Source of the DNA: Harriotta raleighana
Lineage: Eukaryota
Direction of reading: 5' to 3'
Assembly: GCA_050575255.1 (NCBI GenBank)
Contig: JBNZDD010013656.1
Location: 2,819,978-2,883,977 of the forward strand
Length of the DNA stretch: 64,000 bases
The position numbers were made by a program, and so were the translations under genes. Below the pieces are notes generated by a model, which was not told where the DNA came from, made no database searches, and saw nothing but the letters and a program-made list of their open reading frames with translations. Of this stretch, positions 25,990 through 39,777 are shown piece by piece (the first letter of the stretch is position 1; each line of letters opens with the position of its first letter).

Positions 25990-26800
25990 GTAGGCAGATC
26001 AGAGCGAAACCTTGGGCAAGTTTCCTTACTCCACTTGTTTAATAATAATCCGTCCAAAAAAGCCACAATAATAAAATTGGTCATTCCAATCCACGACTGT
26101 TTGTGGGACACTGCTGGGTGCAATTGGCTGCCACATTTTGCCCACAAATATACAGTCAATTCACTTTAAAGTGTATTCTGTGAAGCGCTTTGAGACATCG
26201 ATAAGATATACGTCGAAAAGCACTATATCAAATGCAAGGAATAACATTATTATTACTGTACTGGAGTCCAATAGGCAACATTCTCAAAAAGTAAATCCTG
26301 CAGGTAACTGGATGTGTTTCTCTGGATGTTTGCTCAGTCACAATTCCTTGAAGCCATATTACATAATCTTCCAATGCCTGTCAAGCGATCAAAGTCTGAG
26401 ACTAATTCTGCCGATGTAGCCTCTAACAAGTCCAGATAGTGCTACATGGAGTCAGTGATTCGAGCACTCTCCTCACAAGCAAGAGACCTGTGTTCGATTC
26501 TCGGAAGGGCAAAGTATTGGAAAGTTTCCTTACTTCACACTCCTGTTTACCCAGCAGAAACCTGGTTGTTAGTCGATGGGCAGATCACGTTTCTGGAGGC
26601 AATAATTCCTCAATTTAAAAAAAAAAGAGTCACTCAATGTTTGTGGAACACTACAGTGTGCAGTTGGCTGCCATGTTTCCCCCACAATAATATATAGTCA
26701 ATTTGATTTACAGTGTATTCTGTGAAGCACTTTGAGATGTCTCGAAGACGTGATGAGGCGCTATATCAAAAGCAACGATTATTATTATTTATTTTATAGA
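25990..26800 (+). mobile_element. Two tRNA-Deu SINEs: 5'-truncated (25990-26255) and long variant (26446-26800)
   Basis: Consensus body and tail motifs; the second carries the ~60-bp internal insert. Confidence 0.85.
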
Positions 26801-26929
26801 TACCTGCACAATTCACTATTTATAAATATTTCATAATACTCCCCACTATATATGAGCTATTTGCTGTTGTAAATAATAGTTATTGAAAGTTAATGACAGT
26901 AATGCTGCTCATTCAGCACACTGTGGCCC

Positions 26930-27380
26930 ACATACTTACCCGGACGAAACCTGCTGCCGCCGCATCTTACCAGTTCGGGCCAGACTCCACTGGCTCCCCA
27001 TCACTGAACGGATCGGCTTCAAGATTCTCACACTCGTGTTCAAATCCCTTAATTTCCTGGTACCTCCCTACCTCTCCGACCTCCTCACCCCCCGATCCAT
27101 CACTTGGTACCTCTGCTTGATTAGCGCTAGCCTCCTGCTTGTCCCTCACACCCTCCGCTCCACCATTAGAAGTCAGAGATTCAGCCACTAAGCCCCTGAA
27201 TTCTGCAAAACTCTCCATCAATCCCTCCGCCTTGCCCCCTCACTCCCTTTTTGACCATGTTTAAGGTCATCTCCCACACCCACTCGGGCTCAGAGTCAGG
27301 CTCTGCCACTGTTAAGCACTCTGAGATATTGCTCAGCATGGAGGGCACTATATAAGTGTAAGTTGTCGGTGTTGTTGTCC
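26930..27380 (+). mobile_element. L2 3' end
   Basis: LHWLPITERIGFKILTLVFKSL and PPYLSDLL motifs, plus tail. Confidence 0.88.
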
Positions 27381-28236
27381 ACAACAGTGAGAAACGAGCA
27401 GTGAGTTTCTCCCAGTGACCTAACCAACAATCCTCTAGATTAATTGTGATCAATTTTATTGTTGCTTATGGGTTTCTCCTGACACAAATGGGTAACACAA
27501 TTACCTACAAAATTAGTGACTACATTTGACAACAATTATCTGCCAAGCACTTTGAGATACTCTGATCCGAAGCAACATATAAATGTTCTTGCTAACTTGA
27601 TCCAGAGGTCCATTAGCTTTGATTATAATGAGTTTCAGCAGCTCTGGTTGAGGCCAGCACACTGAATATTTTATGATATAAAAGCCTTGAACGTAAAGGA
27701 CAAGGGAAAAATTGACTTGAAAATGTGTGTACTTTTGTGCGTTGGCTTATCGGAAGGTGTCACTCTCTGAGAGAAGCCAGAGACTGCACTGCTCTACCGA
27801 TGGGAATGAGGAGTATGTGCAGACGAGACAGGAGGCACAAGGAAGGTTAACATACGTAGAAATACTTTCCTGAACAAAACCCAGTCATTGGGAAGTTGAG
27901 ATATGGAAATCTAGAATATTCTTGTACATCTCTGATTATGGTATGAAGACAGTGAAACTCGGGGAAAACTTTCCATCAATCCCTCTGCCTTACCTCCTCT
28001 ATCCCCTTTCTCAAGTCCCACCATGTGAGTGAGCGCATACCACCTCTCCTCAAGGAGTCAGGTGATGACAGAAGCACTACTATCAAAATTAGATGAAGCA
28101 AAACACAATCCTATTTCAATCACTTTTTATCAATTGTAGGAGCAGCATCATGCAGTTTGACAAGATTATACACTTCACACGAGAGTACAAAAATCTTAGC
28201 TTTAAAAAAACTCAAATAGGGATAATATATAATCCT

Positions 28237-28350
28237 ATAATAATAATAATCCTTGAATTTGATATAGTGCTTTTCACATTTTCTAGATGTCTCAAAGCTC
28301 TTCACAGATTATACTGTAAAGTGAATTGACTGTATATTGGTGGGCGAAGC
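28237..28350 (-). mobile_element. SINE 3' fragment
   Basis: Antisense tail (aat)n ccttgaatttgatatagtgc. Confidence 0.8.
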
Positions 28351-28601
28351 CTTCAGGATTGGCTCGACCTCCAACAGACCTGCTCTTCCAAATGCATTGA
28401 TTGCAGATTCAGAGCAAAAGAAAATAGGATACGAGTTGAAAACCACTTCAGAAGTTAATTGACTGGTGTTTTGCTGGTGTGCAGACGAGCATTATGAGAA
28501 ACAAAATAGGATGGACAAACGTAATCGTATTATTAATTTACATTTTTGCCCCATCTACATCAAAATTAATTTCCAAAATGACATTTGATGTTCCCCACTA
28601 G

Positions 28602-28829
28602 GTCTCGCCTGGAGCACAACAGATGCATTCTCCACAGTCAGTGCATCCAACTCAGAACAGCGGAGGCCGGAGAAGGAGGGTTGTTGATGAAGACCCAGAC
28701 GAAAGGCGACGGAAGTTTCTGGAAAGAAATCGCGCAGCTGCAACACGCTGCAGGCAGAAGAGAAAGGTGTGGGTGCTGTCGTTAGAAAAGAAAGCAGAAG
28801 AGCTCACACAAACAAACATGCAACTTCAG
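28602..28829 (+). CDS. CREB5: CREB5 exon: bZIP basic region and start of zipper (76 codons, phase 0/0)
   Basis: ttccccactAG|GTC. Translates [76 protein letters not shown], donor |GTATGG. ATF2/ATF7/CREB5-type basic region with CREB5-like [13 protein letters not shown] and TQTNMQLQ. Confidence 0.97.
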
Positions 28830-29027
28830 GTATGGAACCTTCTTATTCAGTATCAACATTATACTGAACCCCTTAAGAAAATCCCTTTCGGAATAATCCT
28901 ATTAATTTTATAACCCTCTATTCTCCTAGTCTTATCTAGTGTTTCCTAACCTTGCCTACGGCGGTTAACAGATTAAACCTTTCCTCTTCATCAAAAAATA
29001 CAGTAAGTGTGTATGAAGCATTCTACA

Positions 29028-29362
29028 GCAACAACAACAAAAGTACATTTATAGTGCTCCTTTCATGTTGGGAGGACGTCCCAAGGCGCTGAACAGTCAG
29101 GGGTCGGGACCCGAGCATGGGGGGTGGGGGAGGGGAGGGAGAGAGATGGGAGGGCGACAGAAGGCACTATTGAAAAGGAGGATCTTGAGACTGGCCTTGA
29201 AGGAGGCAAGGGAGGAAGAGAGACAAAGGGATTGTGTGATGGAGTTCCAGTGTGTGGGGGCTGAGAGGCTGAAAACCCGGCCACCGATGGTATTGCAAGT
29301 TGGGTGGGAGACATGGAGCAGACTGGAGCCCGCTGAACAGAAGGAGTGGGCAGGTTGGTAGG
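29028..29362 (-). mobile_element. L2 3' end
   Basis: Minus ORF TIGGRVFSLSAPTHWNSI...SFKASLKILLF, with (CAA)n tail. Confidence 0.88.
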
Positions 29363-30402
29363 GAAAAGGGTTGCTTTGTGTCATTTTATCCCTCCTGTTC
29401 CATTTACCAAATAATAACAACAACAAACCACATTTGTATAGAGCTTTTCACATCAGAAGAACATCCCAAGGTATTGGACAGTCAGGGATCTACCCCTAGC
29501 TGGTGGTTGGGAAAACAAAAGTGTAGGAATTGTTGGACATGAATTGCTGAAAGGTGAAATTGCACAGCTTTACCCCACTCTTCCTCTTTATGTTGTCAGG
29601 AAGTATAGTTTTCATCACAGTGCAGTTCAATTCAACTGCCCACCCCCACCATCCACACACATTCACACAATTTGTCTCTGGAATTTATCCTGATCTGCCA
29701 GCATCAGTCTTCCCACATTCATGTGAAATACTAGTTATCTTTAAAATTATCACTAGTTCATATCAATATTTCAAATGAACCAACCACAGGCCAAAAATCA
29801 GATCAGTTATGTTGATGAATCAGCATAAGATCAATTTCCAAAATAAGCATCCTTATCTATCATATCTAACATCATCCACATACATGTAATAACACATTCC
29901 TTGTGTTTTAGGGTTTCTGCTGTTTCTGTAGTCGCAGCTCACAGATGGAACATGTGGTTTGAATATTTATTTGGTTTTGGTTGTACTGAATCACTCCATT
30001 TAATCCTAATACAAGGAACCATCACGGATCCATAGATAATTGTGTAATAAATCTACAATGTACTTCATAGAAACAACAATAATGTGCATATATAATAAGG
30101 CCTTTCATGTGGGATGATGTCTTGAAGTGTTTCATGAGGACAGTGTGCAATCATAGAATATTTGCAGCACAGTCTGAACAAGGTGTAGTTTGTCTGTGCT
30201 AGTGATAACTATTAGACTTTATTTTCTTTCTTTATTTTCCTCCCAAAATGTACTGGTTTGCCTTTTCCACTAATGTTTCAATGTCCTCTTGTACTCTTCT
30301 GCATTCTTCCTTATGATTTACTGACACCCAAAATTTGGTACCATGAACAAATTTGGATTACCTGTAGCCCTGTGAGTTAATTGGAAACACAAATTCTTCA
30401 TA

Positions 30403-30802
30403 CAGTAAAAGCTTCGGCTGGCATCTTCAGGACCTGACCTTTGCTGGTTAATTAAATATGCCGGATATTCAAGCAGCAAGTTGCCGAAAATTCTACACAA
30501 AACATTAACTTATTTTAAAACATACCATATCAATAATAGACTGAATAATAACAGAATATTGTGTGAATACTTACCAATAAAGCATTCCAGCCCACTTGGT
30601 AAAATGAACGGTAAACGAGTATTCCAGCATTCGATAAGTTTAATAAGTGCGCATGAGCACGCATGTGCAAAGTGAGCATACTGGGAGTGTCCCAGATGGC
30701 TACGGAATGAGATCCGGTTGCTGGAATGGGGAATTATATTGGGAGATACCGGTTGGTTGATCGTTCCGGTTGGTTGGGTGCAGGATAACCAAGCTTTTAC
30801 TG
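30403..30802. mobile_element. Tc1/pogo (Tigger-like) MITE, 400 bp
   Basis: TA|CAGTAAAAGCTT...AAGCTTTTACTG|TA: perfect 12-bp TIR with TA TSD. Confidence 0.85.
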
Positions 30803-31034
30803 TACTTTGCTCCACTGATGTAATCAATAGCTTGCATGTTAAGGTAAAACAAACAAGTACTTATGTTATTATGGCCACTTGACCAACTCTGAACTCGAAT
30901 GCCATCTTATAACATGGCAGGTTTTGTTAAATGTGGTGTGTAAATGCCAAGTGTATTCAATAAACCTTGTACTTCAACCGTCCAATTTCTCAATCAACAA
31001 AGAGTGTTCATGGTTGCTTTAACTCGACTTACAG

Positions 31035-31143
31035 AACGAGGTCTCTCTCTTGAAGAATGAGGTGGCACAGTTAAAGCAGCTGTTACTGACGCATAAAGAC
31101 TGTCCGATCACAGCAATGCAGAAAGATTCACAAGGCTACATGA
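31035..31143 (+). CDS. CREB5: CREB5 exon: leucine zipper C-terminal part (109 nt, phase 0/1); absent from the ORF track
   Basis: ttacAG|AAC GAG GTC, translating NEVSLLKNEVAQLKQLLLTHKDCPITAMQKDSQGYM plus 1 nt, donor A|GTGAGT. Confidence 0.96.
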
Positions 31144-32400
31144 GTGAGTAAAATTCACCTATTAAGTACAACTCACCAAAACAAGGAAGACATGAAGGTT
31201 TGGGATGTGGGTCTCTGACTTGATCTACAGAAAAATATTATCTAAAAAAAATACACCCTTGTTGCTACATTGATTAATCTTTGGCAGGAAGTACATATTA
31301 TCCACCGTTTGTCAGTAAATTTGCTGACCTATAGTGGTGCATATGTCTATGATGGCATTCCCAACTTTAAGCACATGCTGTCAGTGTAGATAGTGGATAT
31401 CACATCATGAACTGACCAAAAAAAACGATTTGGGGAAAGCTTTTTAAATACATGCTTCTCGGTACTATAATTATTTTTAGCATCAAACATCTTGTCATAT
31501 GCAGACAGGTGTTGGTGGGAATGTGAGTAACTGAATCGCTACAATATTAGTCATTGTAGCTCTACAGGATCACAATAATTGTATTGAAACTGTGACTCAT
31601 GTGCAAACCACAGAACCTATAATTGGTATGGGAATCTTTTGATAAACAATTGTTTTGGAAATTAACCTTGGAAGAACTTCATAAAATGTTCTTAACTCAC
31701 GGTTTAAATAAAATCTAGTGTCTAACGCTTTATATAAGCATTTAAATAAAATCCCCAACGTCCCAGTAGTTTGACTAGTTAGGGAGGTCATAGCTGTACA
31801 AAATTAATTCCTTTATCTCAGTCTTTTTTTTTTTACAAATTGTTGACCCAGGTAACAACGAGAAATGTTTAATACAGTACAATTATTTATTTTTTCAGTT
31901 TTTACTGATTTTCACTGAAAAAAGAAATCCAGGAAACAAATTTGGTGGGCTACCTTGGTGAGAACCAGTTTTTAACCATGTTAAACCATGTTTGTTTTGC
32001 CCATATAAAGCTCAGTCAATCACGCAGACACACACATGCCAAATTGGAAACGCAACACACAATGCACACGCAGCTTGGGTTCCCTTTGCTGAATTTGGGG
32101 CTCGTAAATGTTCTGTTGGGTAACTATTGGAAGTGGAGGTAGGATCTTCTAACCCTTTCCATTATCAAGCCAGTATTCCACCCAATATTTAATACACTTT
32201 TAGCAGCGTCTGTTGAAAAAACAATATGCAAACCAACGACTAATTTAAAAAATGGATAGAAATATTCAATAAAATGGAAAAAAAAATCAGCTGCAATATA
32301 AGCATGCAACTCAAACAAGCTGAGCAGTTTACTACATGCCTTTTAAACAGTGACTTGGATAACACTGATACTGAATGTCTCTTTTTGCCCCCCTCACCAG

Positions 32401-32564
32401 GTCCTGAGAGCAGTCCTATAGGAAGTCCCGTTCCTGCCTGCTCTCAACAGCAAGTCATCCAGCACAACTCCATTAGCACTTCGACTGCCATTAGTGAGGT
32501 TGTTGGAGGCTCTGCTCTCAACCAGCTCCCCAGTCACAGAACAGATCGCAATCCTATCCTCTGA
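32401..32564 (+). CDS. CREB5: CREB5 last coding exon to stop codon
   Basis: ctttttgcccccctcaccAG|GT CCT GAG, translating (S)PESSPIGSPVPACSQQQVIQHNSISTSTAISEVVGGSALNQLPSHRTDRNPIL*. TGA at 32562-32564; phase is consistent with the previous exon. Confidence 0.96.
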
Positions 32565-34974
32565 ACACTGCCTTCTATTGGGACTATGGTAGCTGAAACA
32601 TTACCACACCCTGTCAGAACTTTTGGAACATCAGCGTAACCCTGGAATCAGATATACATTTGAGAGAAAAAGACTTTTGCTTTTATTTTAATAGTTATTA
32701 TCAAATGCTATGTTTTTTTTACTTTAGTTATGAAAAAGGGAAATATGCAATTAATGTGCTAATAGCTTGGGGACGCTTTAATGCTTTCTCATAACTTGCT
32801 GGTACCAATTTGAAGGTTCCGCTGAGAACTTTTGAACTTTCTGAGCATTATTATAATATTTGTACATAGTCTCTATCCATTATCTCCAGCCGAGATCTGG
32901 TGTGATCTGCTCTTCACCACGTAATCAACTGGATTGAGGTGGCCAGCGTTACGGAACGGAAACCTCCAGTCTATAGATGCAGTTCTATGTGCAGTTTCTG
33001 CTTCGTAGAACTGTTCATTTGCACTGAAAATCCAAATTTTATCATTTGACGTTAAAGACTAACCAATGAGGTCAGCCCAAATATTTTGAATATTATATTA
33101 GTTCAATATTAAGAGACAAGTCATTATGTCACACTCCCAGTATGAGCCATTTTTTTTTAATGTATGACAGAACTGTGATTTTATTGATCTGTAAAGTTAC
33201 TTAAGAGTCTATTTTTAGTTATCCAGATTATTCAGTTCTTGCATTATGACGTGTTTTGGATACCCACTAAAGTATAATGTGCTAAGATTCACCATAGGAA
33301 TAACATGCAGAAGATTTCCATGCTTTACAGAGATATGTGTCTGCCAACTATTAACAGGAAATTGTCCATGACATTGAGTGCTACAATTCATGAACATCTT
33401 CTTGTGATGTTTCCAAAATTATTACAGTGGCCTTTGCACCAATATTAATTTATCTGAGCAAAAATTGTAGATCACATAAATGTGAAGCAATGATCCTAGG
33501 AGGAAAGAAAGAATTAGCTAGGTAGCATTATTTATCCACTTTCTTGCCAAAAGGACGGAGAATGTGTGGAGAGGCAATTAACTGTTTATAGGAATTCATT
33601 TAATAAGAAAAAAAACACTTCAGTGAAACAAGTGCAGACAGCAAGCAAAACAGTACTGATATCTGAAAAACATTACTATTTCGTAAATATAGATTGAGCT
33701 TTAATTTTAAATCGATTGATATTTTGAAAGTATATATAAGCTCATTTTACATGTAACAATTTTTAAGACAGGAAAAAGCCATTACGATGAATAAGGAAAT
33801 TAGATAAGGAGCTGAAGATAAGCAAACAGACAAAGACCAGAAAATTAAGATTAGAATCAGTGGCTCCAATGGAGTACACCACCATAGGCTTGATGGGCAG
33901 AATGGTCTTCTGGATTGCAGAATGGGCTTCTGTGATGTGTAGATAGTCTCTATATCCCTGCCCCACAAACAGACCATTTGCTGTTTCCGAATGTTTGCTT
34001 GTCCTGGAATGAGATTGTTGACTTCATGTATAATCTCCTATTGCCTGTCGTAGTATTCTCTAGCGGCATATTGGACAATCTACCCCTACAGCTCTTGATG
34101 TAACAGTATTCTTGTCATGATGCACAGAGATCTTTCACCGCACTGTCACACTGCACTTTAAGCACTCTCCTACTCACAGAAATATTTGCTACAAATTTCT
34201 AGCCTTCTCCCACCTGAAAAGAAAACATTTAATGCGATCATGGTGACTGTCACACATAGAGTGAATCAAGGCTGCCATGAGTGTGACAAATCGGATTCAG
34301 TTTGAATTATCCTGGTCCAAACAATAGTCAATCTCTAGGGGTTGTATCATACCTGCTTTAGATTAGTGTATTAACAATGAAAGTTTTAAGCACTGGAAAT
34401 CTACTATACATTGTACTGTGTGCTGCAATTTTGCTCAGATAGGATTAGTTCTGGTTGGTAACACTGATGGTGTTAAAAGAATTAGACTAGTAAAGATCAC
34501 ATAAAGTTAAAGTTTCTGGTCAAGTAGTATGTCTCTATTATAGAACTACCTAAGTAGAGATGGTCTTACTAATGCCCATTGCGTTATACTGATGTGAATA
34601 ATACATACTGTATTTCTAATGATAAAAAGATGATAAAATTAATGTGTTCAGTGATTAGAATGGCTGATGTGAACACAAATAATATCACATTTGTTAAAGA
34701 CTTCTATGTTAAATCTGTGCCATATAAAAGTTACTGACTTTTCACACTGAAGACAAGGTATTTGATTCCACATTATCTAAAACTAACTTTAATAAGGGAG
34801 TCAATAGTCAGAAAAGTGCTTTCAATATCCACTTAATGCCCTCACATATCCATTCGATGCACACAGTTTTCAATAACCGAAGGCTATGATTGCTTTCTAA
34901 CTTCTCATGTGTAAATACAAATGAACGAAGACTGCTCTACAGTCTTGAGTAATTTATTTTTCACAAGAAGAGAA

Positions 34975-35500
34975 CATAGGAAGCATGAAACAACAGTAAT
35001 TTGTCTCATTGATCCTATCCTTTTACACAGCACTGACAATCCAAGGTTCTCCTTACTCTTCCCCCAAATTTCAATTGAATAAATCTTTAGAATATCTGGC
35101 TAAACTCGTAGTATTGATCGGATAGAGAAGGCCCTCAAACCATTTAATTGCATCCTTCTATAATGTTATCTCTCCTCTCTTTCTATTGCACCATTCAAAC
35201 TATTAGTTAATTCAGCTTGGTTTCACCCTCTCTTCCTGGTCATCTGTTCTAACAGTTTAATACCCTACTTGTAAATAAATACTTCCTAACGTCTATCCTA
35301 AGATACTCTTCACGATTCTGAACCTGGTCCACTTTCCAGGTGTATCTGAAAGTATACTTCCAGTTTACTTTCTTTATCTGTTTTCAAGGCTAAAGAGTCA
35401 TACCTTATATTATTCCTCATAGCTCACTTTGTTTCGCCTTTGTGGCTCCAAAAGATAAAACACTTAATAAAGTCTTTAACAAATGAGATACCAGTAGAAG
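34975..35500 (-). mobile_element. Decayed CR1 3' fragment inside the putative 3'UTR
   Basis: Minus strand reads RIDVRKYLFTSRVLN; antisense tail gaacataggaa. Confidence 0.6.
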
Positions 35501-36794
35501 TGAACAAATCAACCAGCAGAATGAAGCCCAGGATGACATGGGGTAGAGAGGTTGTTAGTAACTGATGCTATCTGAACATGTCCACTTTTGCGACACGTCA
35601 ATACCTGAAACTGCAGAGACTTTCTCCATTTAAAAAAACGTTCTCTCCTTCGAAAGGAATATTTGGACTCAAATGTGTGCAAAGGGTTAATTGCATTGAA
35701 CCTTACTTGTACCCTAACATTTCCATCCCCCTTTAATATAATTAACAAGGATGGAGTAAACGATTATTAAATTAATAGTCAATTGTCAACAGCTATTAAA
35801 ATGTAAAGTCAAGTATGCACTTGATCAAGAAGTGAATGTGCTAAAGTGTAGAGAGGCATCACCGAATCAAATATTCACCGCAGAATCTGTTTTTGCTAAA
35901 GATAATAACCATCTGAAGATAGTAACCAGATCTAGCTGAATCTCATGGCTGCATTAAGACCCAGATCTATTTGGTTCTTCGCATTATGTTACTCTCTCAA
36001 AATAGCATCATTATTCGTAAGGCATATTAGAACATGACAGTATTTGCTTGATCCTTTTCATAAGCACTGCCTGAAGCATCTAGTTTTGAAAAGCATGTCA
36101 GGTCAAAGGAGAAGTTAAACCTAATGAATCTACATGGTGTACAGCAGCACTTTACTGACTGAGTTGAACTTCTTTCCCTTGCATTTTTTTTTGCTACCGT
36201 TATATTTTGCTGATCACTCCAGATTATTTGTGGTCCTTTGCTTTCACTGTTATGGGTGGTAGCAGCTCCATAAATCTGCAACTGATTTAAACAGAATGAA
36301 AGAGAAGGCATGAATTATAGATGGAATGTATTGGATTACCAGTCTGGGTATTAAAATAAAAGAAGAAGCACATTGTGCTGAACTCTAATGTACATTTATG
36401 CACTTTTGTATAAGTGCACCATCACCCAATCCAGTGGATCTGGATATCTGAGAGGTGATGACATCTATAAGAGCATTTAAAAACAAGTGGAAATCCCAAT
36501 GTAACTTTAACAACATCACAATTGTGCCTGAAATCCCACAAAGCTGAGTAACCTTCAAGCGATGATGTTACTGCTTATGCCCAAGTAGCAGCTAATCAGG
36601 GACCACCTACAACAAAGCATTTTTGACAGCCGTAAAGTACTTTAACAGTATGCGTCTCAGATGTGGACTTCTGCCCAACTTCTTCCTTCCTCTACTTTTA
36701 ACAAGACCTTAACAAGCTGAATAGGATATTTTTGTGAACAGATGTTTTATGCTGGAATTTGATAGGTGTAATCCACCAAGACTCTCAACACATT

Positions 36795-36912
36795 TCATAA
36801 CACCCACCCTCCCCAATCCTGACCCCCCAGTTCAGATCCGAAAAACTTATTGTCCGGCGCCTTGGGATATCCTCCTGACTGGAAAGGGCTATACAGATGT
36901 AATTTTGTTGCT
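36795..36912 (+). mobile_element. L2 3' tail
   Basis: gtccggcgccttgggatatcctcctgactggaaagggctatac...ttttgttg. Confidence 0.75.
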
Positions 36913-39771
36913 AGTACTAAATATTTGATAAGTGCTATGACCCTGAATTCTGCTAATGTTGGTGATGTGAGAAATATCAAACCCATACTTTTATGCACCT
37001 GCAGCTGTAAGGTTGGGCTTCATTGAGGCCTTCAACCTATGAGCTGGTCACACACATAGACAATGAGGTTGACAAACCACTTGGAGGGAAATTGGCAGAA
37101 TAAATGAACCTTCAATGCAGGAGAAAATACATTGCCTGATGTAATGTGTATTCTGCAGCAAAGTCTGTGCATCGTGATCACACACAAGACCTTAGCTCCA
37201 ACCTGAAATCGCCCAGCACGGAGCTCTCATGGGTTAGAATGATATTTATGGTCAAATATTACAATCTGAGGCATATTTCCACTGTTGAGGTGTCATTTGC
37301 TCTGGCACTTCTCAAGCTCCTTTTCATCCCCCCAATGTTTATGTAGAATTCAGGAAAAGAAGAGTTTCATATGCATAGCTGGACATGGAGATGTTGGGCA
37401 AAAAAATCCTCGTGGTACTAAATGTGGCTTTGGTCATTTTGAGAATAAATTGTGTTGTTAATAATGATTTAAAATCATAAATATTATTATAACCATCACA
37501 AATGACTTGTTGAAGTGCATCACACTGACCTGTTGGAACTCCGTTCTGGCAAATCTATTTACAGACTCATTAATGACTTTATTAATAATCATTAATAAGA
37601 GAAATGTTGCAGCACCAGTTAGAAGAATTTCATGCACTTTTTGTTGCTTACAAGCAGTTTCCTTTGTTTGAAAGCTACTTTCTGAAAGAAGCACATCCTT
37701 CAATTCTCAGTTAATATAGACAAGAATTAGGTGGATTATTATGAAATGGGTTTGGCTTCATGAACAAGCCTTTCTTTTCGTTGCAAAGAATTCCTTATGG
37801 TTACAAATATATTTTTATTAAAGTGTAGCATAGAACAAATTCATTACTTAAGCTTTAAATTTTAATCATATTCTACCTTCTAGTGTCAAGCTATTACATT
37901 CTACTTTGTGACCAGGGATTGACCGACCAAAACCATTTTGTGCAGTATTACCTCTCAGTTATTCAATATAAAGTGTCAGATCTTAGTCCATATGTTTCGT
38001 TCAGTATCGTCCCTTGGTTTTGTCTCACTAAAATGATATCTCGGTTTCACTATTGCATTGGCCACAAGTCCTAATTGGGAATCTTTATCAGACCTCTCAA
38101 TACCTTCAGTACCTTGTCCTGAGCCTCTTTATATATTATTAGTGTTGTGTATAGTTGTTCTTTCTACCAGAATATGTAACGCACGCCATGGAGTACACAT
38201 TGTAGATTGTTTATTGACTCATCAGGACCAAATTAAATTCAGTCAAAGGATTCACATTATACATTCCAGAGAAAAACAGAGTGGCATTTTATTTCATGTA
38301 AAATCTTTAAACCATAAAAGTTTTCAGTAAAATGATTAATTGATATTTCTTGTTAACTTTGTACATCATGATTGTCCTTTTATTTCATATATTTTAATAC
38401 AAGTGCAAAGAGGAAAATGGATCATGTTTGATGAGAGAATTATTTTGCTCCCATGTGCAAACTCTAGTTCTATGCTTATGGATTTTGAGATTTCTCAACA
38501 TTTCCCCCCCAAAATTAAATTTGCCTGACAGTTTCCCTAATTTCTGGGTTTCCTGTTATTGTGGAAGCACCATTGAGCACAATTCTAGTGTCAAATATAG
38601 ATCATTAAATGATTTTGTTTGGTCTTAAAATTGTAGTAAAAGGCGTTTTATAATGGTTTCTCGGAACTGTTGTCACAAAGCTGAAAACATGTATCCATTC
38701 CTAGGAGTTGGGTGTTTTTTGTGTACCTGTAAAAATCTAGATAATCAGTGGAACAGGCTCAATGGGCTGAATGGCGTCATACTGTTCTGGTTCTCCAATA
38801 TTCCTCGATGGTGTGTTGGCATGGTTTTACCATGCAGTTTAACCTTTGAGAAACTTTTTTGAACAGGATGTGCAATTTCCTCTAATGGCGTTGTTGTTTC
38901 CTTGTTCAATTATCATCATTGTTGAAATGCCACAGGTAATGCACACATCAGTAAGAGTATTCAACTACTGTTATTTTTCATATACACAGTTCTTGTTAAC
39001 TCAGAGGGTGCTTTGCATCTGCTGGTCAACCCAGTAACTAGTAAGCATGCCTACACTCGCAGCTCAGCTAATTGGAATCAGCAAAGTTTAAGAGCAATGT
39101 GGTTTGAAAAGGAAATCCACTGAAACCTTTTCTGTCTGAAGTCATGTTGATGCATATGAATACACTTTAAAAACCCTAGAAGTAACTATGACCACATGTG
39201 TGGAGTTCGACTGGTGAAATAATAATTTAATTTCTCGCCGCACCAACTAATCCCTGAGACAAGGTTTCCTTTTGACCCATCTTAAGTTACATTTTAGAAC
39301 TCGTCAAGTGTGTATCCACAGACTCTGGAACACGCTCCTACCTTTGTATGAAATATCCAAAGCTGTTTCAGCAACCCAATTTAAATGCTTCAGAAAGCAA
39401 AACAATTCAGGGACAGAAGTGGTTACAGTCCAGGCCAACAAAGTAGTTCATATCTCTTTAAGCTTTGGTACTCATTAGTATCATAGTGTGGACAACATTC
39501 ATCTTTTGTTATTTTGTGGATGTTTGTTAATCACTTTCCTTGGTACAAGGAGTAAATATTTGGTACATACTTGTAAATACTTGTTTTGCAGCACTTACGT
39601 TATTTTTTGTTATTGTATTTTAAGCTTATGTTTTATGAGCACATTCATTGTTGCAAATGAGTAATGACTTTATAAAATCTGTTGAATTATTTTAAATTTT
39701 TACATTTCTTTCTCATCTAGCTAGAAGATATGTGTATTTGTAAAAATGTTAAATATCACTGCAATACAATT

Positions 39772-39777
39772 AATAAA
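39772..39777 (+). terminator. Candidate distal polyadenylation signal AATAAA
   Basis: caattAATAAAgcactctggcaa lies after a U-rich region containing TGTA motifs; SINE density resumes shortly downstream. Other AATAAA hexamers exist upstream (e.g. ~35466). Confidence 0.5.

Larger units (their letters stand above)
22354..26062. repeat. Tandem 1854-bp duplication around a single N (likely assembly artefact)
   Basis: 22354-24207 equals 24209-26062. The only difference I found is C22648 vs T24503. Confidence 0.9.

Noticed and set aside
31012-31034. gctttaac near the 3' splice site resembling a U12 branch point
   Set aside because: The intron's donor is GTATGGAA, not GTATCCTT, so it is a U2 intron.
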